Shown: positions 30,411 to 38,908, counted from the stretch's first letter. The stretch: 64,000 nucleotides of DNA from Alphaproteobacteria bacterium (GCA_018818925.1 JAHJQZ010000068.1:5458-69457), one strand, 5' to 3'. Program-made: numbers and translations. The notes: a model not told the origin generated them from the sequence alone.

Positions 30411-30878
30411 ATGCCGCTTGCCCTTGCCCTTTTCCAGCCCGACATTCCCCAGAACGCCGGCACGCTGATGCGCCTTTCGGCCTGCATGGGCATCCCTTTG
30501 CACTTCATCCACCCGGCCGGCTTCGTCTTTTCCGACACCAAGTTCCGCCGTGCCGGCATGGACTATCTCGACCGCGTCCGCCTGATCGAGCATGTCAGTT
30601 TCGCGGCTTTCGACACCGCCCGCCGCGCCGAGGGCCGGCGCCTCGTCCTTCTGACCACCAAGGCGACAACAAGCGCCTATGCCGCCGCCTACACGCCCAA
30701 CGACATCCTCATGGTCGGCCGCGAGAGCGCCGGCGTTCCCGATACCGTCGCCGCCCGCGCCGACCTCAAGGTCCGCATCCCGATGGCCGAAGGCCTCAGG
30801 TCCCTCAACGTCGCCCTCGCCGCCGCCACAGTGCTGGGGGAGGCGCTGCGGCAAGTGGGGGAGTTGCCGGGAGCGTGA
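30411..30878 (+). CDS. trmL: tRNA (cytidine/uridine-2'-O)-methyltransferase TrmL (SpoU/TrmH family)
   Basis: 'LALFQPDIPQNAGTLMRLSAC', 'RRAGMDYLD', 'LMVGRESAGVP', 'IPMAEGLRSLNVALAAA' run parallel to E. coli TrmL/YibK as I recall it. Confidence 0.85.
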   Translation: MPLALALFQPDIPQNAGTLMRLSACMGIPLHFIHPAGFVFSDTKFRRAGMDYLDRVRLIEHVSFAAFDTARRAEGRRLVLLTTKATTSAYAAAYTPNDILMVGRESAGVPDTVAARADLKVRIPMAEGLRSLNVALAAATVLGEALRQVGELPGA

Positions 30879-30905
30879 GGAAAAACTCAGGACGGAGTCC
30901 CGGCA

Positions 30906-31196
30906 TCACTCGGTCTTGCGGCGTTCAGCGATTTTGTAGACCTCGTTGCGTTCGCGCTTGCCAACCGCGACGACCAGAACCAGTAGCTCCCGATCCCTGA
31001 CCTGATAGACAAGGCGATAGCCCGCATTGCGCAACTTGATCTTGTAGCGCTCCTTGGCGCCATGCAGACGCGCCGCCGGGATTTTCGGGTTTTGCAGGCG
31101 CTCGGCGAGCTTGCCTTTGAACTGCTCCCGCGTGGCATTGTCGAGCGTGCGCCACTCTTTCAAGGCCTCGTCCAGAAAGGCAAGCTCATAGGTCAT
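30906..31196 (-). CDS. Type II toxin, RelE/StbE (ParE superfamily)
   Basis: 96 aa. 'YRLVYQVRDRELLVLVVAVGKRERNEVY' is typical of the RelE/StbE C-terminus. Overlaps the antitoxin gene by 11 nt. Confidence 0.85.
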   Translation of the reverse strand: MTYELAFLDEALKEWRTLDNATREQFKGKLAERLQNPKIPAARLHGAKERYKIKLRNAGYRLVYQVRDRELLVLVVAVGKRERNEVYKIAERRKTE

Positions 31197-31434
31197 CCAG
31201 GGACACCCTGTGGACGACCTGACCTTCCCTTGCGTCGGCGATGGCGTTCAGTTCGAGATCTTCAAGGCGTTCCAGCATCGCCTCATAGGCTTTGGCGGGC
31301 ACGCAATAGAAGGCAGGTTCATTGCGGTTGAGAATGGCGACCGGAAAGCCCTCGCCGGCGGCGACGGTGCCCATCGGGTTCTTTTTCAATTCGGAAACGC
31401 TGGCGCTGGTCGCGGCGAGAATGGTGTGCGGCAT
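31186..31434 (-). CDS. Type II antitoxin, Phd/YefM (StbD/RelB-like)
   Basis: 82 aa. 'SVSELKKNPMGTV...PVAILNRNEPAFYCVPAKAYEAMLERLED' is typical of Phd/YefM. Confidence 0.85.
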   Translation of the reverse strand: MPHTILAATSASVSELKKNPMGTVAAGEGFPVAILNRNEPAFYCVPAKAYEAMLERLEDLELNAIADAREGQVVHRVSLDDL

Positions 31435-31627
31435 GAAAAGCCTCCTTAAAGGTACTTTTTATAGCCCTTTTAACAGGTCTTTTCAAGCCCGGCTTCGCGG
31501 CTTGCTCACAATCCCCGTAGCAGCTGGGAGAATTGCCGGGCAGGTGAAAACGGAGCCCGGACCGCGCCAAAGCCACCCCGCGCAAGGCGGGATGGCCTTT
31601 ATTTGCCTCGTGTGAAGCCTGGGGGCG

Positions 31628-31912
31628 TCACATGGTGGCGGGCGTGACCGCCTTGAGCTCGTCTTCCGAAATGTCGCCGCTCAGGTCGACGTCGATTGCG
31701 GTGAAGTCCTCTGCGGTCAGGTCGGGGACGATCGCCAGCAATTCGTCATAGCTCACGCCGCCGGACGCGTCGGCATCGATGGCGAGGAAGTCGGTCGTGG
31801 CGAGGACGGAAGCGTCAAAGCTGACCTCCGGGGGAAGAACGTCAGTCTGGGCCAATGCCGGAAGGGCGGTACCGGCGGTCGCAAAGGCAAGTGCTGCAAG
31901 AAGCTTTTTCAT
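31628..31912 (-). CDS. Secreted EF-hand calcium-binding protein
   Basis: Signal peptide 'MKKLLAALAFATAGTALPALA'. Two canonical EF loops, 'DADASGGVSYDE' and 'DVDLSGDISEDE'. Confidence 0.75.
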   Translation of the reverse strand: MKKLLAALAFATAGTALPALAQTDVLPPEVSFDASVLATTDFLAIDADASGGVSYDELLAIVPDLTAEDFTAIDVDLSGDISEDELKAVTPATM

Positions 31913-32187
31913 TTGGGCCTCTCCTTGTGCGTTTTGAATGACGGCAGCGCCGCCGCGCCGGCTTCGATGCCGGACGCACCGTTCATTATGGAAACGACGG
32001 CGTCGGGGAGAGGGCAAAATCTTGATTGTTTTGGGATGGTTTTATGGCGCGCCCGGGATGGGGCAGAATTAAGAAAAATGAGGCGTGGATTCTCCGCAAC
32101 AGCCACAAAAAGCCGGGGATGTTGCGCGGCCGCAACGCCTGCCGGAGCTGCGCCGGGCGAACCGGCGCCGCCCTTTGTCCAAAGCGT

Positions 32188-32508
32188 TCAGTTCCGTCCC
32201 CAGACCTCGACTTCGAAGAACTGGAGGTGGCCCGGCTCGGCGAGCTGCAACAGCACGAACCGGCCCCGGGTCGAGGCATCGAGCGTCAGTTCCGCCCAGC
32301 GCGATCCGTCATGGCGATAGACCTCTTCCCACAGGTTCCCGTCCTCGCTGACGAAAACCATCAGCGATGGATTGGCGAGCACCTCGGGATTGAGCCGGTT
32401 GTAGATGCGGATCGTGTCGATGGTCGCGGAGGTGCCGAGATCGACATACCACCACGGATTCTGCTCGAAGTCGGAATGCACGAGGTCATGGGGATCGCGG
32501 CCGACCAC
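32188..32508 (-). CDS. F5/8 type C (discoidin, fucolectin-like) domain ORF, N-terminally truncated relative to the domain (possible pseudogene fragment)
   Basis: 'HSDFEQNPWWYVDLGTSATIDTIRIYNR...FFEVEVWG' is an FA58C/fucolectin signature. The first start codon is GTG at 32508, but domain-like sequence continues 45 codons upstream with no start, and there is no signal peptide. Confidence 0.5.
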   Translation of the reverse strand: MVGRDPHDLVHSDFEQNPWWYVDLGTSATIDTIRIYNRLNPEVLANPSLMVFVSEDGNLWEEVYRHDGSRWAELTLDASTRGRFVLLQLAEPGHLQFFEVEVWGRN

Positions 32509-32654
32509 GATGCCGTCATTGCGGTGTTGAGGTCCCTGATCGACAGCGGTGCCGCGATAGACGCTGCCCCGCTTTCTCGTGCTGCACGAGGCGAAGGCAC
32601 GCCAGATGCGCCGCCAGGACCAGGCGATCCGGGCGGAGCCACTCTACGTTCCCG

Positions 32655-33473
32655 TCACTTAAGGCCGGACACACAACATTTGTTCGCCTGCGGCGGCACC
32701 GCGGCGTTCTTCAGGCAACAGATCGGCTGACCGTTCCACGGCTCCTGCATAATCGCCTGCGGACGAACCCAGGTGAAGGCGACACAGTCGTCGTTGTTGT
32801 CGCACATCGACTGGCAGACGTTGGCGTTCGCAATCGGGAACAGACAGCTGATGTCCGAACCGGGACGGTCGTAGCCCTCCTCCAGGTTGTTGGAAACGGC
32901 GATCCCGCTATCGCCCGCACCCGGCAGGGGCATCTCCGATGCCGGGGGTGGCGTCTGGCCTTCGGGATAGAAATAGGCGTTGAAATTGACCGTGGCGGCA
33001 AAGCCGTAGCAGCTGTTGAGGCCGCAATTCACCGGCCGCTGCATCAGGAAATCGCCTTCGAAACTCTGCGCCGGAATGCTCCAGATGGTGCGGATGCGCT
33101 TGTCGGCGACCGAGCCGTCATGCGGCGGATAGTTGCCTTCGGCGCGCTCCGACCCAAACCAGGTCTCGCTCGACACATGGCTCCAGTATTCGGTGCCCGT
33201 GGTCTGAAGACAATCTTCGGCCGAACTGTAGAAGTCCCGCCGCCGATAAGGCGTGATTACATAGTCGACGACAAGCAGGCCCGGCCCGGTCACGGCATAA
33301 TGAACCGATCTGGCCTCGGCCCCGGCATCGACCGAGGCAACTTCCGCCCATTGCATGTGGCCCGACGCGATCGGGGACTGGGCCAGAACGGGTCCAGCCG
33401 AAAGCGCGGCCAGAGCCGCTACGAGTGCAATGGGCAGGCGCAGTACGAATGGCGGGTGAAAGCAAATGCTCAT
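32655..33473 (-). CDS. Secreted protein with C-terminal PAN/Apple domain
   Basis: Start taken at 'MSICFHPPFVLRLPIALVAALAALSAGPVLA'. The C-terminal 'CQSMCDNNDDCVAFTWV...PICCLKNAAVPPQANKCC' has PAN-type cysteine spacing. The N-terminal ~200 aa are unassigned. Confidence 0.75.
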   Translation of the reverse strand: MSICFHPPFVLRLPIALVAALAALSAGPVLAQSPIASGHMQWAEVASVDAGAEARSVHYAVTGPGLLVVDYVITPYRRRDFYSSAEDCLQTTGTEYWSHVSSETWFGSERAEGNYPPHDGSVADKRIRTIWSIPAQSFEGDFLMQRPVNCGLNSCYGFAATVNFNAYFYPEGQTPPPASEMPLPGAGDSGIAVSNNLEEGYDRPGSDISCLFPIANANVCQSMCDNNDDCVAFTWVRPQAIMQEPWNGQPICCLKNAAVPPQANKCCVSGLK

Positions 33474-33990
33474 ATCATGCTCCCAACATGAGACAAAGCC
33501 GCGCTGCAGGGGCCGTGACGGCGCGCGAATCCGCACGTCGAACAGTCGCCCGATCGACTGGCGCAATCGAAATCCGCTTCGCGCGGCAGAGCCGGGCGGT
33601 CCCGGAGTCGCTGTCGATATCCGGTCGGATAATGGGGCGTCTGCGCATGGATTTGGCGCGCGTCACGATCTCAATCCCCGAGGACTCGTGACCGCGCGGC
33701 CTCGCCGATGAAGCGAAGCCTGGCGAGGCGGCAAACAAGACGATCCTCGCCAGACGAATACGCGGCGGGCATGGCGATATCAAGATGAGAGGGTCTGGCG
33801 CGCTCGCAATACTGAACAAATGTGACAAAATCACGCACTTTCAAGTATTTCTTCGGGAATACTTCACAGGACATGCCGGCTGCGCGATCGGTGTCCTGAC
33901 ATCGACGCGGCCAGTGGTCGTCCCGCCGGCATGGAGCCAGGAGCAAGCCGGTGGGCCGGTCCTCCGGCTATCCGCTCGTCCAACCTCCCG

Positions 33991-34155
33991 CAGTTTTCTC
34001 CCCGCCTTGTCCAACTCGTTGCCGATATTTAACTTTTCTACATTCAATAATGCGCATATTCATATTCGCAACAATCGCGACCCTGTTCCCGGCCGCCCGT
34101 GAAAGGAGTTGCCGTCATGAACACTCTCAACAGGACTCTCGCCGTCGCAATCGCC
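33991..34155 (+). repeat. Duplicated 5' region, copy 1 (promoter-like AT-rich block + RBS + first ~13 codons)
   Basis: Aligns with 35255-35423. Identical runs are tgtccaac, ttgccgatatttaactttt (19 nt), ctacattcaa, aatgcgcata and aaaggagttgc. Confidence 0.75.
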
Positions 34156-34338
34156 GGCGGCCGTTCGCCGGTCGAAACTCGGCGTCCCGATTGCGCCAAT
34201 ACACATAGCCTGGCGGACGGCTCCACGCGGCATCGCAAGGACCGGCCTCCGCCTTGCGGATCGGTCGCGGAAGTGGACGGTGCTCAGCCGCGCAATCCCT
34301 CCTCACGGCTTTCACAGCGAGGCATGATGGCCGCGTGA
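34117..34338 (+). CDS. Hypothetical 73-aa ORF behind copy 1 of the duplicated 5' region
   Basis: AAGGAG RBS 7 nt upstream of the ATG. The N-terminus 'MNTLNRTLAVAIAGG' is paralogous to the DUF2202 signal peptide start. The rest is Arg/Pro-rich with two Cys. GC3 is only about 68%. Confidence 0.3.
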   Translation: MNTLNRTLAVAIAGGRSPVETRRPDCANTHSLADGSTRHRKDRPPPCGSVAEVDGAQPRNPSSRLSQRGMMAA

Positions 34339-34467
34339 CGAGCGCCACCGGCCGAACCGGACGGTCTTGATCTGGCGAACCATCCAGTCTGACACTGGCC
34401 GTCCTCGATGGAGTCGGCGACTCGTTCGGCTTCGGCACCGACATGATGGATTGGCGCGGTGCCTGGT

Positions 34468-35085
34468 TCAGCCCCGCTTCAGGACCAGCACCCGATACAT
34501 GCCGCCGAGCAAACTTGGCTGATCGCTGGCGACGGCGCAGTCCTGGCCAGCTAGCATGTCTGTCAGGCGACGGTTGATGTCGGTCCCCAGTCTGGTCGCA
34601 ATGACATTCGCTGCCCGGCGAAGCAGGGACGGCTGCGCCTCGTCGGTCAGAAACTTGTCGAACACGACGAGCCGGCCGCCGGGGCGAACCACTCGCACAG
34701 CCTCCGCGAAACACAGCGCCGGATCGGGAACCACGCTCAACACCAGATTGAGAAATACCACGTCGAACGAACCGTCCTCGAAGGGAAGCGCCTGCGCGTC
34801 TCCGACCCGCAGATCGACCTCACATCCGTGGACGGGCAGCTTGCGCCGCGCCTTGGCGAGCATTGCCTCGCTGAGATCGATACCCGTGGCGCGAATGCCC
34901 GGCCGGAGGTAGCGCAAATCCGCGCCGGTGCCGATGCCGACCAGGCAGACCGTCTCCCCATCGCATAGGCGTGCGGCCTGCATGGCATCGCGTCGTCCCG
35001 AAGCAAAGAACCGCTCCAGCACGATGTCATAGACCGGCGACCACAGGGCGTAGACGAAGCGATTATGCGTGTTGGACATTTTCAT
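34468..35085 (-). CDS. Class I SAM-dependent methyltransferase (UbiE/Rhodobacter-type PmtA-like)
   Basis: 'YALWSPVYD', SAM motif I 'VCLVGIGTGADL', 'GIDLSEAML', 'FDVVFLNLVLSVVPDP', 'RPGGRLVVFD'. Confidence 0.85.
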   Translation of the reverse strand: MKMSNTHNRFVYALWSPVYDIVLERFFASGRRDAMQAARLCDGETVCLVGIGTGADLRYLRPGIRATGIDLSEAMLAKARRKLPVHGCEVDLRVGDAQALPFEDGSFDVVFLNLVLSVVPDPALCFAEAVRVVRPGGRLVVFDKFLTDEAQPSLLRRAANVIATRLGTDINRRLTDMLAGQDCAVASDQPSLLGGMYRVLVLKRG

Positions 35086-35254
35086 CGGCGAAGCACCTTT
35101 CAGCTCGTTCCGGTTCGCCGCGCGGCGCAGGATCATGGCTCCAGGTCTGGTGCTTGCTCGGTCGGAATTCAAGGTCGGCGACGCTTGAGCGCACCCTCGG
35201 CAATGATTGGACGATCGTATTAGCCAGCGCCAATCACAATGCGTGTTTCGTGTT

Positions 35255-35423
35255 CAGTTCCTCTCCGCGCCCTGTCCAACACATTGCCGATATTTAACTT
35301 TTTTCTACATTCAAAAATGCGCATACTCTTATTCATGAACAGTCGCGGCCCTGGACCTGACCGCATGCAAAAGGAGTTGCAGCCATGACCACCGTTAAAA
35401 AGACCCTTGCCGTCGCGCTCGCC
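35255..35423 (+). repeat. Duplicated 5' region, copy 2 (upstream of and into the DUF2202 gene)
   Basis: See 33991-34155. This copy lies in the divergent region between the methyltransferase and the DUF2202 gene. Confidence 0.75.
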
Positions 35424-35885
35424 GCAATGCTTGCCAGCGCCACCTTCGTTCCAGCCGCCCAGGCGGCGACCGCACTGCCCGAGACCGTCCAGGAGGCGCT
35501 GTTGGACGCCCTCAACGACGAATACCACGCCGAGGCCTTTTATGCCGCGGTGATGGAAAAGTTCGGCGCCACACGGCCCTTCTCCAACATCATCCGCTCC
35601 GAGCAGATGCACCAGAGCTGGCTCGCCGACCTGATGACCACCTATGGCATGAGCGTGCCGGCCAATGCCGAACTCGGCTCAGCCGAGATCGCTGCCGTCG
35701 TACCGGCAACCATCAGCGAGGCCTGCGCTATCGGCGTGACGGCCGAGGTCGACAATGCCGCCCTCTACGACGACGAACTGCTGCCGGCCGTTGCCGCCTA
35801 TCCCGACATTGCGGCCGTGTTCGAACGGCTGAGCGCCGCCTCGACCAACCAGCACCTTCCCGCTTTCCAGCGCTGCGCCGGCTAG
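35385..35885 (+). CDS. DUF2202 ferritin-like domain protein, secreted
   Basis: Signal peptide 'MTTVKKTLAVALAAMLASATFVPAAQA'. 'LLDALNDEYHAEAFYAAVMEKFG...IIRSEQMH' and 'EVDNAALYD...SAASTNQHLPAF' form a ferritin-like diiron-type helix pattern. Confidence 0.8.
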   Translation: MTTVKKTLAVALAAMLASATFVPAAQAATALPETVQEALLDALNDEYHAEAFYAAVMEKFGATRPFSNIIRSEQMHQSWLADLMTTYGMSVPANAELGSAEIAAVVPATISEACAIGVTAEVDNAALYDDELLPAVAAYPDIAAVFERLSAASTNQHLPAFQRCAG

Positions 35886-36062
35886 CGTCCGACGCGGGCA
35901 GCCAAACGGCGAGCGGTGCGAGCACACCGGATCAAGTCGCGAAAAAACGCGAAAACCATGGGCATTGCCGATCAAGATCGGCTTAAGTGATCAAGGTCCG
36001 GCGACCGCCCCGCGCGCCTTCGGCACTGGTAAACCGACGCCGGAAATGTAAATATATGTCAC

Positions 36063-36701
36063 ATGACACGTCACGATGATCCGCAGGCCCGCCGCGGCTA
36101 CCATCACGGCAATCTCCGCGAAGCGCTCATCGAGGCGGCCCGCCAGCTCATGGCCGAGCACGGGCCGGAAGGTGTGACGCTTTCCGAGGCGGCGCGCATG
36201 GCCGGGGTCAGCCCGGCGGCGCCCTATCGCCATTTCAAGGATCGCGCCAATCTCGTCGCGGCGCTGGCGCTGCAGGGTTTCGCCGCCTTTGCCGATGGTC
36301 TCGACAAGGCCTGGAACAACGGCGCCGGCGGCCCGCTCGCGGCGCTGACGCGCATCGGCTATGCCTATATCGACTTTGTCCGCCGCCAGCCGGCCTTCTA
36401 CACCGCCATGTTCGAATCCGGCATCGACCACGGTTCGGATCCGGATTTGTCGCGCGAGAGCAACCGCGCCTTCGGCGTCTTGCGCGACGCCGCCGCCGCC
36501 ATGCACGCCATTCTGCCCGAGGACCGCCGCGCCCCGCCCCTGATGATCGCGTTGCATGTGTGGACCATGGCGCATGGCATCGCCTCGCTGTTCTTAAGAG
36601 GCGATACCGCCCGCCGCAACCTGCCGGTCACCCCCGAGGACCTGCTCGAATCCGGCATATTGATCTATCTCGATGGGCTGGGGCTGCACCACCAGCGCTA
36701 G
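36063..36701 (+). CDS. TetR/AcrR family transcriptional regulator
   Basis: 'YHHGNLREALIEAARQLMAEHGPEGVTLSEAARMAGVSPAAPYRHFKDR' is a TetR_N HTH. Confidence 0.9.
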   Translation: MTRHDDPQARRGYHHGNLREALIEAARQLMAEHGPEGVTLSEAARMAGVSPAAPYRHFKDRANLVAALALQGFAAFADGLDKAWNNGAGGPLAALTRIGYAYIDFVRRQPAFYTAMFESGIDHGSDPDLSRESNRAFGVLRDAAAAMHAILPEDRRAPPLMIALHVWTMAHGIASLFLRGDTARRNLPVTPEDLLESGILIYLDGLGLHHQR

Positions 36702-36909
36702 CGACGCGCCTCGCTTGTCCGCAGGCGGGGCCATCACATTGCCTTCGCCGACGCGGCACCGGCGCGCACCCCTGAAAACCCGCCTTTGCCGCCTTATATA
36801 AGAGTGAATGGCCGTGGCCACGCGCGCAAGGCGGGTCGTTTTGCGGATATGAACCGGCATGGCGAGGCGACCGAGCTTGCCAAAAAACGCCGCCGCCCTT
36901 TCGCCCCCT

Positions 36910-36960
36910 CTTGACAATCCGGCGCTCTCATCCATCTATGTGAATGTTACTTACATTCAC
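36910..36960 (+). promoter_or_regulatory. Candidate promoter (CTTGAC-N17/18-ATCTAT) followed by the palindrome GTGAATGT-N5-ACATTCAC upstream of the DUF2852 gene (candidate TetR operator)
   Basis: Read directly. 8-bp perfect arms at 36940-36960, 17 nt upstream of the ATG at 36977. Confidence 0.4.
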
Positions 36961-36976
36961 ACCAACGGAGGCACGA

Positions 36977-37519
36977 ATGGGTATCGCCGCCAGATTGGAC
37001 GAAATGGGCAAGGGTGCCTGGATCGCGACGATGATCGTCGCCTTCGTGGTGTTCTGGCCTCTCGGGCTGGCCCTGCTGGCCTATTTGATATGGAGCGGAA
37101 GAATGGGCTGCAGACACTATTACTGGGATGAAAGCATGAAGGACGATCTTCGACAGCGCCGCGACGAAATGCGGGACGAATGGCGGGCACGCCGCGAGGA
37201 ATGGCACGCGATGAAGCGCGCCTGGCGTGACGAGATGAAGGCGCGCTGGCACGCGCATCACCGCTCCGCCGAAACGAGCGGCAACGCCGCCTTCGACGAA
37301 TACAAGGCCGAAACGCTGAAGCGTCTCGAAGAGGAACAGGCCGAGTTCTCCGATTTCCTCACCAATCTCAGGAAGGCCCGCGACAAGGCCGAGTTCGACG
37401 ACTTCATGGCGTCCCGCAAGCCCGCGGCGAAGGCCGAGACCATGCCCGAGCCCGCGCCGGCACCCATCGAGTCAACGACCGACGGCGACCGGACCAATCC
37501 GGGACCCTATTCGGCCTGA
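36977..37519 (+). CDS. DUF2852 domain membrane protein
   Basis: Start taken at '[39 protein letters not shown]' with GGAG RBS. The charged helical tail '[38 protein letters not shown]' is typical of DUF2852. Confidence 0.8.
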   Translation: MGIAARLDEMGKGAWIATMIVAFVVFWPLGLALLAYLIWSGRMGCRHYYWDESMKDDLRQRRDEMRDEWRARREEWHAMKRAWRDEMKARWHAHHRSAETSGNAAFDEYKAETLKRLEEEQAEFSDFLTNLRKARDKAEFDDFMASRKPAAKAETMPEPAPAPIESTTDGDRTNPGPYSA

Positions 37520-37649
37520 CCCCCGACCGCCCGACCGGTCGAACAGCGATCCCGTGCAGCGCCGCCCGTCCCCCAACGGGCGGCGCATTTGTCTTTGGTT
37601 GAACATCACCTTTCGCTCGGCTAACACCGGTCATGATCCGGAGCACCTT

Positions 37650-38531
37650 ATGACAGCCGACATAGAGGACAAGAAAGCCCGCGCTTCTGCCTGGTTCCGC
37701 GAGCTGCGTGACAGGATCTGCGCCGATTTCGAGGCGATCGAGGACGAACTGACCGGTCCGCTGGCCGAACGCCCGCCCGGCCGTTTCGCCCGCGAACCCT
37801 GGCAGCGCAACGAAGCGAGTGACGGCGAGGGCGGCGGCGGCGAGATGTCGGTGCTACATGGTCGCGTTTTCGAAAAGGCCGGCGTTCACATCTCGACCGT
37901 GCACGGCACGTTTACGCCCGAATTCGCATCACAGATCCATGGCGCCGATACCGATCCGCGCTTCTGGGCCGCCGGAATCTCGCTGATCGCCCATCCGCAA
38001 AACCCGCATGTTCCGGCCGTTCACATGAACACGCGGATGATCGTCACCTCGAAATGGTGGTTTGGCGGCGGCGCCGACCTGACCCCCGTGCTTGACCGGC
38101 GCCGAAACCAGGACGATCCCGACAGCCTGGATTTCCATGCCGCCATGCGGGCTGCCTGCGCCGCCCATCCACACATCGACTACGACACGTACAAGGACTG
38201 GTGCGACCGCTATTTCTTCCTCGCCCATCGCAACGAGCCGCGCGGCATCGGCGGCATATTCTACGACCACCACAATTCCGGCGACTGGCAGGCCGATTTC
38301 GCCTTCACCCGCGACGTCGGCACCGCCTTCCGCGACGTCTATCCGCTGCTGGTGCGCCGCAATTTCAATAAGGCGTGGACGCCAGCCGATCGCGAGGAAC
38401 AACTGGTCCGCCGCGGACGTTATGTCGAATTCAACCTGCTCTACGATCGCGGCACGACCTTCGGGCTGAGGACCGGCGGCAATGTAAAGGCCATTCTCAG
38501 CTCGCTGCCGCCCGAGGTGAAATGGCCGTAA
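37650..38531 (+). CDS. hemF: Oxygen-dependent coproporphyrinogen-III oxidase
   Basis: '[13 protein letters not shown]', '[25 protein letters not shown]', '[11 protein letters not shown]', '[19 protein letters not shown]'. Confidence 0.9.
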   Translation: MTADIEDKKARASAWFRELRDRICADFEAIEDELTGPLAERPPGRFAREPWQRNEASDGEGGGGEMSVLHGRVFEKAGVHISTVHGTFTPEFASQIHGADTDPRFWAAGISLIAHPQNPHVPAVHMNTRMIVTSKWWFGGGADLTPVLDRRRNQDDPDSLDFHAAMRAACAAHPHIDYDTYKDWCDRYFFLAHRNEPRGIGGIFYDHHNSGDWQADFAFTRDVGTAFRDVYPLLVRRNFNKAWTPADREEQLVRRGRYVEFNLLYDRGTTFGLRTGGNVKAILSSLPPEVKWP

Positions 38532-38699
38532 GGCCGGCCGAGACGCAGTCTTGGGCGGGATGACGGGCGCGAGGGCCCCGGCCGCGCAACTCTCGTCTTC
38601 GTGCTAAACCTTTGTCTCAATTGATCGATATCATCGACATATCTTCGCCAATCCTGTCTGTTAGCAAGACTCGACTGCTGACAACCAAAGGAGGAACTA

Positions 38700-38873
38700 A
38701 TGAAGACATTCACATGCGGCTCCCTGGTTCCGGGTTGCGACTGGCACACCCAGCACGAGGACGAGGCGGAGGTCGTCCGCCGCGCCGTCGAACACCTGCA
38801 TTCCGCCCACGAGGAGGAAAAGGTCCGCCCCGACATGGTCGAGCGCATCAAGGAGCGGGTCAAGGACGCCTGA
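38700..38873 (+). CDS. DUF1059 small metal-binding protein (57 aa, below the ORF-track cutoff)
   Basis: Hand translation gives 'MKTFTCGSLVPGCDWHTQHEDEAEVVRRAVEHLHSAHEEEKVRPDMVERIKERVKDA'. RBS AAAGGAGGA sits 5 nt upstream. Confidence 0.75.
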   Translation: MKTFTCGSLVPGCDWHTQHEDEAEVVRRAVEHLHSAHEEEKVRPDMVERIKERVKDA

Positions 38874-38908
38874 CACGTCCTGATCGCCGTTGCGGCCGCC
38901 GGCCCGTT

